Positions 1-6,825 of a stretch of DNA of 13,811 nt are shown here, in pieces; position 1 is the stretch's first letter, and the number at the start of each line of letters is the position of its first letter. Made by a program: the position numbers and the translations under genes. Origin of the DNA: a virus. The stretch is from the IMG/VR virus record IMGVR_UViG_3300046047_000096; one strand, written 5' to 3'. The notes beneath the pieces were generated by a model. That model saw only the letters and a list, made by a program, of their open reading frames with translations. It ran no database searches and was not told where the DNA came from.

Positions 1-127
1 GCGGTGATCTCATCGCTGGCATCAATCATTTTCACCATCTGCTGTTCTTGGCTGTTGCCACTAGGCGGCTGGCGTGGCATACCGTCCAGCGCCACGGCCT
101 GGATATGCTTCACCCGGTCCACCTTCA
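1..127. repeat. Terminal overlap, copy 1 (identical to 13685-13811); signature of a circular contig
   Basis: Base-by-base comparison of 1-127 with 13685-13811 shows identity. The repeat lies inside a CDS and sits exactly at both window termini. Confidence 0.95.
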
Positions 128-191
128 CTTTGTTGTTCAGGTACCGGGACAGCACCCGCTGGGCGTTTCTTGCGCTTGGAGAATAGAACAT
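1..191 (-). CDS. ArpU/RinA-like late transcriptional activator, 5' portion; the gene is split by linearisation and continues at 13684 down to 13459
   Basis: ATG at 189-191 (minus) is preceded by GAAAGGGG 7 nt upstream. It reads MFYSPSARNAQRVLSRYLNNKVKVDRVKHIQAV... and runs off the left edge in frame. 191 + 226 nt = 417 nt = 138 aa plus stop across the junction. Confidence 0.7.
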   Translation of the reverse strand, partial: MFYSPSARNAQRVLSRYLNNKVKVDRVKHIQAVALDGMPRQPPSGNSQEQQMVKMIDASDEIT

Positions 192-206
192 AGTCGTGCC
201 CCTTTC

Positions 207-383
207 TTAATACGTTGGGCTGTCAGCATCAACAATCATGTTGGGGCAGCGCAACGTTTTGTAATGACCGTCCGGCCACACTAGCGTTACCGTGTTCTTG
301 CCCTGAATGGCTTGATTGAAGCCATCAATGTCAGAGTTGTAAATTTTCTTTCCGTCGGGGAACCATGCTTGAATACGGATCAT
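207..383 (-). CDS. Hypothetical small protein (58 aa)
   Basis: ATG at 381-383 has AGAAAGGG 8 nt upstream. The ORF-track start at 416 is a TTG without an RBS and lies inside the iteron field. No recognisable motif. Confidence 0.5.
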   Translation of the reverse strand: MIRIQAWFPDGKKIYNSDIDGFNQAIQGKNTVTLVWPDGHYKTLRCPNMIVDADSPTY

Positions 384-408
384 CGGGATCGCCCTTTCTG
401 TGGTTGAG

Positions 409-715
409 TGTTCCAAACTTTATGGAACAGATGGAACACTACGTAATTGCTGAGCTCCTTGTGGCTGTAGTGTTGTTCCACGTGTTCCATTGTTCCATGG
501 TTTTTCATCCTCTTGCAATACGGCCTAGGTCTTCTGCTCACTTATAAACATAAGACCTACCCATTTTTCACGGTTCAACCTTTAAAAAATTATGGAACAA
601 TGGAACAGAATGTTGTGAAGCCTTGTCCTGTAAGGTGTTAGGCTGTTCCATCGCTTGAAAAATCATGGAACAGTCTATGGAACGAAGAACGCTTTGAAGA
701 ACGCTTTATGGAACA
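409..715. repeat. Iteron cluster, putative replication origin
   Basis: The octamer ATGGAACA occurs at 422, 431, 592, 600, 665, 677 (ATGGAACG) and 708. Its complement TGTTCCAT occurs at 409 (7/8), 474 (7/8), 483, 491 and 644. An AT-rich core at 541-590 carries the inverted repeat TAGGTCTT (526-533) / AAGACCTA (552-559). A tandem GAAGAACGCTTT x2 lies at 684-707. The cluster sits immediately 3' of the helicase gene. Confidence 0.7.
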
Positions 716-2334
716 AAAGGATGGGATTCATGAAACATTGGGTTGATGTACGATTTCGTAAGCCGTAGCCCGATGTATCTGTATACGTTCGGTGGGCTTT
801 CAATGCCTTCACGGTCGAAGCCTTTACGGTTTCTAGTCCATTTCACGTGGCGCCGTGCTAGTTCCTTCTTAATCGTGGTGGCCGTTGTTTTGTCTGAATA
901 GTTGTTTTCGCGGCAGAACGCGGTGTATTCGTCCAGAACTTGTTTGGCTGATTCACCGCGGTTACTGGTCAGGTCAATTACAGCAGCTTCTTTCAAGAAC
1001 TCGCCGAAGTGATCGTTATCGTCAAGCCAGCGTTGTGTAGCGTCCTGAATGGCCTGGGGCTTGGCAAAGCCGTGTCCTTCATTCATCATTTTGGCGAATG
1101 CCTGCATACAGGAGACAGCGAAGGCGGGGGCTTCCTGTTCAACTTTCTTCATATCGTGGTGCTTCCAAAAGTCGCGGTTCACCCGTACGTCCCCGTTAAT
1201 CAGATCAATGACAATTAAGCGATCTCTGAACCCGCTCGTATTGTCGCCAAACGCTGGTAAGTCGTTAGCACTGAAAATCAGTTTCGCGTAGTTGATGTAG
1301 TTGAAGCCCTGGATGCCTTTGTATTCGGCATCAATTGGATCGCCACCGCTCAGCTTCTTTAGAATCGCCGTGCCCTTCAAAAAGCCTTTATCAACGTCGG
1401 CAACCATGTTGGCTTCCTTGCCGTAAAGATTAGATGTAGCAAAGCGGTTGTTACTGTCGGCAAGCTTTTGCGGTGGTTCAGCAGCACAATTGTCAATGCC
1501 CAGCACCTTGTCGCGAACAAACCGTAATAGGGTAGATTTCCCTTCACCGCCTTCGCCGTGTAGCCAAAGCATTTCTTGATAGGGCGCATAAGACTGATAG
1601 AAGCAGTAACCGATGTACTGCATAAAGGTCTCTGCTGCTTCGCCCATCATGGCCTTCAGTAATGAATCTGTTTCAGGGGTATTATTCCGGTCGGGGTTAA
1701 TTGCGTAATCGTGGGCGTTCAACAGATAGTAATGCGGATTATTTGGCAGCACCCGGTTTTTAAGCATGTCGTACGTGCCGTTCGCGAAAGCCACCAATTC
1801 AGGGTGCTCATTTTGGTCGAATGGCGAATGCTTGCCGAATTTCTCGTTCCACATCATGTAACGCATATACTTCCTTACAGCAATGACGTTCCTTTCTGAA
1901 TACAGTCCCCAGGCAAGCAATTCCCTGGCCGTACGGCTTTCAATTGTTTGGTTGTTTTCCCCCTTGCCAAACGTTCGCCAGCTGCCGCGATAATTTTCAT
2001 AGATGGCGCCTTCCATCAATGCGGGAAATGTTTCAATGGGATGCTTTTCTAGAAACAGATCACCGTAGGCCACGGAGTCAAAAGATATGTGGCGATCCAG
2101 ATGCCCATCCTTATTGCGCTGAATGGTAAAAGACAGCCACACCGGAATCCTAGTCTTGATGCTGTCGTTGAATTCCTTAATCTGTCCATTTGCTTGGTTT
2201 TCGTCGTTCGATAGACGGGGCAAGCGTTCTTTGTACACGTTGAATGGTTTTAGTTCTGTGGAGTTCATTATTTTCAGCTTTTCCGTTTCAGGGAACTGGG
2301 CCAGTGCGCGTTTCAATTCGTCCAGTGTTGTCAC
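706..2334 (-). CDS. P4/D5-family primase C-terminal domain with SF3 replicative helicase
   Basis: 542 aa. Walker A is LHGEGGEGKSTLL, with downstream acidic Walker B-like segments. The overall layout matches phage/plasmid primase P4-family C-terminal proteins. ATGA overlap with the upstream Prim-Pol gene. Confidence 0.9.
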   Translation of the reverse strand: MTTLDELKRALAQFPETEKLKIMNSTELKPFNVYKERLPRLSNDENQANGQIKEFNDSIKTRIPVWLSFTIQRNKDGHLDRHISFDSVAYGDLFLEKHPIETFPALMEGAIYENYRGSWRTFGKGENNQTIESRTARELLAWGLYSERNVIAVRKYMRYMMWNEKFGKHSPFDQNEHPELVAFANGTYDMLKNRVLPNNPHYYLLNAHDYAINPDRNNTPETDSLLKAMMGEAAETFMQYIGYCFYQSYAPYQEMLWLHGEGGEGKSTLLRFVRDKVLGIDNCAAEPPQKLADSNNRFATSNLYGKEANMVADVDKGFLKGTAILKKLSGGDPIDAEYKGIQGFNYINYAKLIFSANDLPAFGDNTSGFRDRLIVIDLINGDVRVNRDFWKHHDMKKVEQEAPAFAVSCMQAFAKMMNEGHGFAKPQAIQDATQRWLDDNDHFGEFLKEAAVIDLTSNRGESAKQVLDEYTAFCRENNYSDKTTATTIKKELARRHVKWTRNRKGFDREGIESPPNVYRYIGLRLTKSYINPMFHESHPFVP

Positions 2335-3167
2335 CTCCTAACTTTTTGGGCAAGTTCTCGTCGCATGATGGACTGAATGATTTTAGCCAGCTCTTTAGTT
2401 GGTAGTGGCGGCCGAACAAAATTGTTGTTCACCAGTTCCATAAGCCGGGTAAAGTTGTCGAAGTCCATGCCAGTATGCAATAGTGATCCTGCAACGCTGG
2501 CAAGCCACGAATTGCGTTCACCACTGTCCACGCCCTGTACAATTCGGTCCAAAAGCCGGCCAGACCAAAACTTTTGGCTGCTATGAAAATCATTGGTGAA
2601 TTTTCCGGCTGTACGCTGCCGCTCAATTTCGGCCAATAGCCATTCAGGTGCCGGGGCCAGGTCTTCTAACGTATACGTATCAACCGCTTTGTATCTCTTG
2701 CCGTAACGAATACTGGGGGCAACAGGCACGGCCAGTGCATTGTAATCAACGCCGGTTTCTTCACTCTGGCTTTGGGCGAAAAGTTTCTGTCCCATTGTCA
2801 GTGATAATTCTTTTGGATACGTGAAGAAAAAGTGTAAACCACCGCTGGGTGTTGCTTCGATATACGTATCAGTAGGCAGCATCGTGGCGCGGCCGTCGCT
2901 AACAAGCTGATTGATCGTTGCGATGCCATCGGATTTACTCGCATGGCCGCGGTCAATGTCCAGCATTAAGATATTGGTATCTGCTAGCGACAGACCAATA
3001 TTGTACGCGGGGCACTGTTCCCACCAGTCGTGAGCCTTCTGGGAGTCTAAACTGGCATCTTTATAGCCGTGTGAACCTTTGGGCGGGATTCGCGTCCCTG
3101 GGGCTAGGGGATATACCTTGAATCCATGGGCTTGATACGCCAAGGCACATTCAAGCATGGTTGCCAT
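2331..3167 (-). CDS. Bifunctional DNA primase/polymerase (AEP Prim-Pol N-terminal domain protein)
   Basis: 278 aa. Contains GFKVYPLAPGTRIPPKGSHGYKDAS, the acidic motif LMLDIDRGH and SGGLHFFF, all typical of the Prim-Pol family. RBS AGGAGAAAGGGG lies upstream of the ATG at 3165-3167. Confidence 0.9.
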   Translation of the reverse strand: MATMLECALAYQAHGFKVYPLAPGTRIPPKGSHGYKDASLDSQKAHDWWEQCPAYNIGLSLADTNILMLDIDRGHASKSDGIATINQLVSDGRATMLPTDTYIEATPSGGLHFFFTYPKELSLTMGQKLFAQSQSEETGVDYNALAVPVAPSIRYGKRYKAVDTYTLEDLAPAPEWLLAEIERQRTAGKFTNDFHSSQKFWSGRLLDRIVQGVDSGERNSWLASVAGSLLHTGMDFDNFTRLMELVNNNFVRPPLPTKELAKIIQSIMRRELAQKVRR

Positions 3168-3318
3168 TGCCGTGTGCCCCTTTCTCCTGATACAGTCCCC
3201 GGTATGCCCACCGTGCGATACGTGTGCGCATGTGGCGGGCCATCTTGCGTGTTAAGTGATCGATAGCCGTGTCAGCGGCCACCTGGTTTAGCATGGGAAT
3301 TACTTCTTGGTTTTTCAT
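3151..3318 (-). CDS. Hypothetical small protein (55 aa)
   Basis: ATG at 3316-3318 is preceded by GGAGG with a 7-nt spacer. The track start at 3333 has no RBS. It overlaps the Prim-Pol start by 17 nt. Confidence 0.5.
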   Translation of the reverse strand: MKNQEVIPMLNQVAADTAIDHLTRKMARHMRTRIARWAYRGLYQEKGAHGNGNHA

Positions 3319-3380
3319 TTCTCGCACCTCCATTATTTGCTGGGGATTATACCGTCGCCGCTACAGATCAAATTGACTTC

Positions 3381-3409
3381 TTGAAAAAAGTTCAGAGAAC
3401 TGGCATAAT
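3381..3409 (+). promoter_or_regulatory. Sigma-70-type promoter on the otherwise gene-free plus strand
   Basis: -35 TTGAAA (3381-3386), 17-nt spacer, TG-extended -10 TGgCATAAT (3401-3409). Confidence 0.45.
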
Positions 3410-3415
3410 GAAGGT

Positions 3416-3476
3416 GTGGAGAATATTCGTTATGCCCTGTGCCCCTAAGCATTGCCGTGCTTCGGGGTCTTTTTTT
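3416..3476 (+). ncRNA. Candidate ~60-nt antisense small RNA (promoter-to-terminator unit)
   Basis: The predicted start is about 7 nt after the -10. The unit ends at the hairpin CCCCTAAGCA (3442-3451) / TGCTTCGGGG (3458-3467) followed by TCTTTTTTT (3468-3476). It is antisense to the 3' end of the minus-strand gene 3445-3642 and the spacer before the replication genes. It contains no plausible ORF. Confidence 0.35.
3442..3476 (+). terminator. Rho-independent terminator, plus-strand orientation
   Basis: 10-bp stem with one mismatch, 6-nt loop, then a T-run. On the minus strand the same hairpin has no U-tract. Confidence 0.5.
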
Positions 3477-3642
3477 GCACTTTTTCCATCAAGGCGGCCG
3501 CTTCGGGTTTCACCATCATCAACGCCGCTTTCTCTTTGGTGAAGATCAACAGTGCGGATTCAAGTTGTGCAGCGTACCAAGCCAGATCAACGGCATCGCA
3601 CTCTTTCAGCAGCTCATTAGCGCGTTCCTCTGTAAAGCCCAT
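3445..3642 (-). CDS. Hypothetical small protein (65 aa)
   Basis: ATG at 3640-3642 with AAGAAAGGA upstream. Packed 5 nt after the preceding small ORF. Confidence 0.6.
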   Translation of the reverse strand: MGFTEERANELLKECDAVDLAWYAAQLESALLIFTKEKAALMMVKPEAAALMEKVQKKTPKHGNA

Positions 3643-3647
3643 CGTGG

Positions 3648-3773
3648 TCAGCGTCCTTTCTTGATCTCATCGGCATAAATCCACATCGTGAAGACGGCAC
3701 CTAGCAGGAATGCCAGGCCCAGACCGCCTAACGTACGGACGTGGGTGAACGTCCAGTAAATTAGGTCAGTCAT
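3648..3773 (-). CDS. Unlisted 41-aa single-pass membrane peptide
   Basis: Hand translation gives MTDLIYWTFTHVRTLGGLGLAFLLGAVFTMWIYADEIKKGR. Its ATG overlaps the upstream stop (ATGACTGA). It fills an otherwise unexplained gap. The RBS is weak. Confidence 0.4.
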   Translation of the reverse strand: MTDLIYWTFTHVRTLGGLGLAFLLGAVFTMWIYADEIKKGR

Positions 3774-3966
3774 CGGGATCACCACACACTGCCAGGAAGA
3801 TACGCGCTAAGCGTCGGGCCTTCGGGTCAAAATTGGGATCATCGGCCACGCGCTGGGCGGCAATCTTCATACCTGTCTCATCAATTCCCAGACCTTCGGG
3901 GGTCATTCGGAAATGGTCACTGGAAATGTTCCGAAAAATTGGGTACTGGGCTTGAAATTCAGCCAA
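3766..3966 (-). CDS. Hypothetical protein (66 aa from a TTG); possibly the 3' half of a gene interrupted by an in-frame TAA
   Basis: The only start candidate is TTG at 3964-3966, with no RBS. It is in the same frame as 3994-4149 and separated from it by one TAA plus 9 sense codons. Confidence 0.4.
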   Translation of the reverse strand: MAEFQAQYPIFRNISSDHFRMTPEGLGIDETGMKIAAQRVADDPNFDPKARRLARIFLAVCGDPDD

Positions 3967-3993
3967 GCTCTGGGGTTCTTTACCGACGTAGCC

Positions 3994-4149
3994 TTAATCA
4001 ATGGCTTTTTCCGTCGGCTCGCCGTTTTCGTCCAAAATACCGTTGGAGAACAGTAAGCGGAATGTCTCTTCCATCGTGATATTTTTGCCGGTATCCATAA
4101 TGACCCGGCGTGCAGCAGCCACGAGTGGGGAATACTGAACTTTATTCAT
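3994..4149 (-). CDS. Hypothetical small protein (51 aa)
   Basis: ATG at 4147-4149 with GAAGGAAG upstream. ATGAATAA start/stop overlap with the preceding ORF. The 84-aa track ORF is an upstream extension over another gene. Confidence 0.55.
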   Translation of the reverse strand: MNKVQYSPLVAAARRVIMDTGKNITMEETFRLLFSNGILDENGEPTEKAID

Positions 4150-4303
4150 CTGAATCTTCCTTCTTTCCTGTCGTAAACATCTGGGGCAATTCGTTAACCG
4201 TTCCGGGTTCAGCCAAGTATTCGGCGACCTCCTGAATCGTGATGCCATAGCCGTGGGAAATCAGTGCTCGGTAAACCTGGTTAATGTAATCGGGATCGGT
4301 CAT
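4142..4303 (-). CDS. Unlisted 53-aa protein
   Basis: Hand translation gives MTDPDYINQVYRALISHGYGITIQEVAEYLAEPGTVNELPQMFTTGKKEDSDE. GGAAGGA lies 7 nt upstream of the ATG at 4301-4303. Its stop overlaps the next start. Confidence 0.55.
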   Translation of the reverse strand: MTDPDYINQVYRALISHGYGITIQEVAEYLAEPGTVNELPQMFTTGKKEDSDE

Positions 4304-4353
4304 AATGCAGTCCTTCCATATCCAGCCGCCTGCCAGGACGATTTTTTCTTCTT

Positions 4354-4626
4354 CTAAATGGCTTTATCAGCCATGAACTGGATAAGTTGGGCTTTGCTGA
4401 TTCGCTTGGCTGAACCGATAAACGTCACTTTCAGTTCACCGTTCTTGATGAGCTTGTTCAACGTGCCGCGGGACAGGTGAATGAAGTCCGCTGCCTGGCC
4501 CAGGTTCAAGAAGTCGGGGCCTTTCTGTTCTGCTTGTGGCCGTTGCAGCATTTCCGCTACTGTCTGGCTGACCATTGCCCGAAGCTGGGCTTCAAACTCT
4601 GGCGTGGTGCTTACTTGTAATTGCAT
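4354..4626 (-). CDS. Excisionase-family (MerR/AlpA-like HTH_17) DNA-binding protein; Cro-like early regulator and/or Xis
   Basis: 90 aa. The C-terminal segment LNLGQAADFIHLSRGTLNKLIKNGELKVTFIGSAKRISKAQLIQFM fits the excisionase-type HTH. GGAGGA RBS. Transcribed divergently from the repressor. Confidence 0.8.
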   Translation of the reverse strand: MQLQVSTTPEFEAQLRAMVSQTVAEMLQRPQAEQKGPDFLNLGQAADFIHLSRGTLNKLIKNGELKVTFIGSAKRISKAQLIQFMADKAI

Positions 4627-4659
4627 GTTGGTTTCCTCCTAGCAATTTTTATAGCCAAA

Positions 4660-4739
4660 TTGACTACAAAAATTATGATATACCCAATACGGCTATTAGT
4701 CAACGCCTGTTGCAAAAAAATCGCCAAAACGGGTATAAT
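4660..4739. promoter_or_regulatory. Divergent promoter/operator region of the genetic switch
   Basis: Minus strand: -35 TTGACT (4698-4703), 17-nt spacer, -10 TATCAT (4675-4680). Plus strand: -35 TTGCAA (4710-4715), 18-nt spacer, -10 TATAAT (4734-4739). Inverted heptamers TTGACTA (4660-4666) / TAGTCAA (4697-4703) are possible operators. Confidence 0.5.
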
Positions 4740-4772
4740 GTTGATTAAGTAGTAAAGGAGGTAAACGCCAAA

Positions 4773-5381
4773 GTGAACAATCGAATTAAGTTATTCCGCC
4801 GGACACGGGGGATGACACAAAAACAGTTAGCCGATAAAGTAGGCCTTCCAGTTACCACACTTAGTAATTACGAACTGGGGAAAAGGACCCCACCTGTCTC
4901 TGTACTCAAAAACATTGCAAACGTGTTTCACACAAGCACAGCCTACTTGATGGGATTAGATGAGCCGTCTTCATATGAAAACGTCAATCCAAATGATGGA
5001 GCAAGCTCCCAACATGCTGTGTACAGTGAATTGGCCGACGATGTGGACATGCTCCAAGTGAATTGGGGTGGGGATTTGGATGATAGGGCGGAAAACATCC
5101 TTCGAAATTTAGATTCTTTCGTCCGCGCGTCCCATAACAACGCTATGTTGACAGCAGATAAAACGTTGGTCGGTAGTAATATTCAACAGTTAGATTGCAT
5201 TTCCTATGCAATTCGTGAAATAATTTCTTCTTCGTTTCCCGAAGCGTTAGATTCAGTGGACAATAAACTGAAAGGACTTGACAGAGAGAAAGCAAACGCC
5301 GTTCGCTTTTCCAAGCTACAAGGGGAAGTCTTGGAAGCCTTAAATAAACTCTATCTGGATAATTACTTCATAAAGCGTTAA
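4773..5381 (+). CDS. XRE-family HTH repressor (cI/Stl-like) with a non-peptidase C-terminal domain
   Basis: 202 aa. GTG start with AAAGGAGGT upstream. The N-terminus RGMTQKQLADKVGLPVTTLSNYELGKRTPPVSVLKNIANVFHTSTAYLMG is a classic XRE HTH. I see no S24 GDSM-type motif in the C-terminal ~130 aa. Confidence 0.88.
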   Translation: MNNRIKLFRRTRGMTQKQLADKVGLPVTTLSNYELGKRTPPVSVLKNIANVFHTSTAYLMGLDEPSSYENVNPNDGASSQHAVYSELADDVDMLQVNWGGDLDDRAENILRNLDSFVRASHNNAMLTADKTLVGSNIQQLDCISYAIREIISSSFPEALDSVDNKLKGLDREKANAVRFSKLQGEVLEALNKLYLDNYFIKR

Positions 5382-5445
5382 CTATCCTAGATCCTCTTAC
5401 ATATCTCACCGCCTGCCAGGACGTGACGATATGGAGGAATTAGCA

Positions 5446-6594
5446 ATGGCAAGTATTGATAGTTACACGACGAAGGCCGGGAAGAAGCTGTGGCGCTTCC
5501 AGGTCTGGACCCCGGCAGATCCTCACACCGGAAAGAAAAGCCACGTTATGCGCCAAGGATTTCCAACTAAGTCCGAAGCCAAGCTGCAAGCGGTTCGATT
5601 TGAAGCAGCAATGGACCGGCACGGTTTCAGGGAAGCAAGCCAGCTCAAGTTCCGGGAAGTTTATGAATCGTGGTTCCAGGGGTACCAAAACACGGTAAAA
5701 GAATCCACCTGGGCGAAGACCGCGGACAATGTTCGGCTGCATGTACTGCCGTTTTTCGGCGACAAACTGCTGGCGAAGATCACCCCAGTGGATTGCCAGG
5801 AAGCTGTTAATCAGTGGTACAAAAAGGGCTATACCAAGTATCAGACGTTTCTGAACCTGGTTTCCCGGGTTTTCCAGTATGCTGTCCGCATGGATCTGGT
5901 CATGAATGACCCCACAAAAAAAGTAATTGTCCCCCGGGACCGGAATAAACCGGCCACAACGATGGAGAACAATTACTACGATCTGGACGAACTGAAAAAA
6001 TTCTTTACAGTCCTAGCTGACCACGGCGATCAACAGGAATTCACCTTCTTCCGCGTGCTGGCATTTACTGGCATGAGAAAGGGCGAAGCGTTAGCATTAC
6101 TCTGGTCAGATATTTCCTTCAGCGGCGGCACCATTTCAATTACGAAGACCCAAACGCGTGGTGCCACCGGGATCATGGTCAATTCACCCAAAACGTACAA
6201 TTCTATTCGCAACATCAATGTAGATAAGAAGACGTTGGCGATCCTTAAGAAGTGGCAATGGCAGCAGCGGCAGAATTTCATGGCCTATGGGACGCCTAGC
6301 AATCCTGAACATCAGCTGGTATTCAGTACCCGCTACAATGGCATGATAGGCCCAGCGCAACCGGTGAACTGGCTAGATAAGTTGGTTGAAGCCTACGACT
6401 TGAAGAAGATCACCCCGCATGGATTTCGGCATACCTATGCCACGCTGGCTTTTGAATCTGGGCTGACGATTAAGGAAGTGCAGAAACAACTGGGCCACCG
6501 GTCGTTCCAGACCACAATGGATATTTACACGGCGGTCACCAAGAAGCAACAGGAACAGACGGCTGCCACCTTTGCCAAGTATGTGGATATGTGA
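5446..6594 (+). CDS. int: Tyrosine site-specific integrase
   Basis: ATG at 5446 lies 8 nt after GGAGG. The N-terminal arm-binding-type segment is MASIDSYTTKAGKKLWRFQVW. Catalytic-region motifs are FTGMRKGEALAL, HGFRHTYATLAF and LGHRSFQTTMDIYTAV. Confidence 0.95.
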   Translation: MASIDSYTTKAGKKLWRFQVWTPADPHTGKKSHVMRQGFPTKSEAKLQAVRFEAAMDRHGFREASQLKFREVYESWFQGYQNTVKESTWAKTADNVRLHVLPFFGDKLLAKITPVDCQEAVNQWYKKGYTKYQTFLNLVSRVFQYAVRMDLVMNDPTKKVIVPRDRNKPATTMENNYYDLDELKKFFTVLADHGDQQEFTFFRVLAFTGMRKGEALALLWSDISFSGGTISITKTQTRGATGIMVNSPKTYNSIRNINVDKKTLAILKKWQWQQRQNFMAYGTPSNPEHQLVFSTRYNGMIGPAQPVNWLDKLVEAYDLKKITPHGFRHTYATLAFESGLTIKEVQKQLGHRSFQTTMDIYTAVTKKQQEQTAATFAKYVDM

Positions 6595-6598
6595 ATTT

Positions 6599-6620
6599 CG
6601 TGTAGTGGCCGTGTAGTGGC
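6599..6620 (+). repeat. Tandem 11-bp repeat CGTGTAGTGGC x2; putative integrase arm-type sites (P arm)
   Basis: 6599-6609 and 6610-6620 are identical. The core TGTAGTGGC recurs at 6806-6825. Confidence 0.5.
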
Positions 6621-6721
6621 GAACGAAAATTCACAAATAGAAACATAACAATACAGCCAGCAATGGGGTCGCTTGTGAAATTTATAAAGTTCCCTAGTTA
6701 CCCAATTTTCCCCATTCGCTG

Positions 6722-6763
6722 GCTGTCATCGACGTTCAAAACGTTGATATGACAGCTTTTTTG
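6722..6763 (+). terminator. Rho-independent terminator downstream of int
   Basis: Imperfect stem GCTGTCATCGACGTT / AACGTTGATATGACAGC followed by TTTTTT (6757-6762). Confidence 0.6.
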
Positions 6764-6805
6764 TTGCTTCGAGTTGGTACCGATAAACACCCATTTACAG
6801 CGTTT

Positions 6806-6825
6806 TGTAGTGCCGATGTAGTGGC
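6806..6825 (+). repeat. Second pair of TGTAGTG(C/G)C repeats; putative arm-type sites (P' arm)
   Basis: TGTAGTGCC at 6806-6814 and TGTAGTGGC at 6817-6825. TGTAGTGGCGAA is shared with 6612-6623. Confidence 0.45.

Noticed and set aside
1-127. The 127-bp direct repeat at both ends as a biological terminal repeat, att duplication or LTR
   Set aside because: It is exact, lies precisely at the window termini and cuts through a CDS that is only complete when the ends are joined. A circular-assembly overlap is the simpler explanation.
3994-4248. 84-aa ORF as listed
   Set aside because: Its N-terminal 33 codons overlap a better-supported 53-aa gene in another frame. An internal ATG with an RBS at 4149 gives the real start.
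5440-5742. 100-aa minus-strand ORF and 80-aa plus-strand alternative frame inside int
   Set aside because: They overlap the well-supported integrase frame and have no independent start signals.
6739-6750. 12-mer AAACGTTGATAT shared between the int terminator (6739-6750) and the cos-side spacer (12699-12710)
   Set aside because: By rough estimate, several 12-mer coincidences are expected by chance in a 13.7-kb sequence on two strands, and nothing else in the context supports it.
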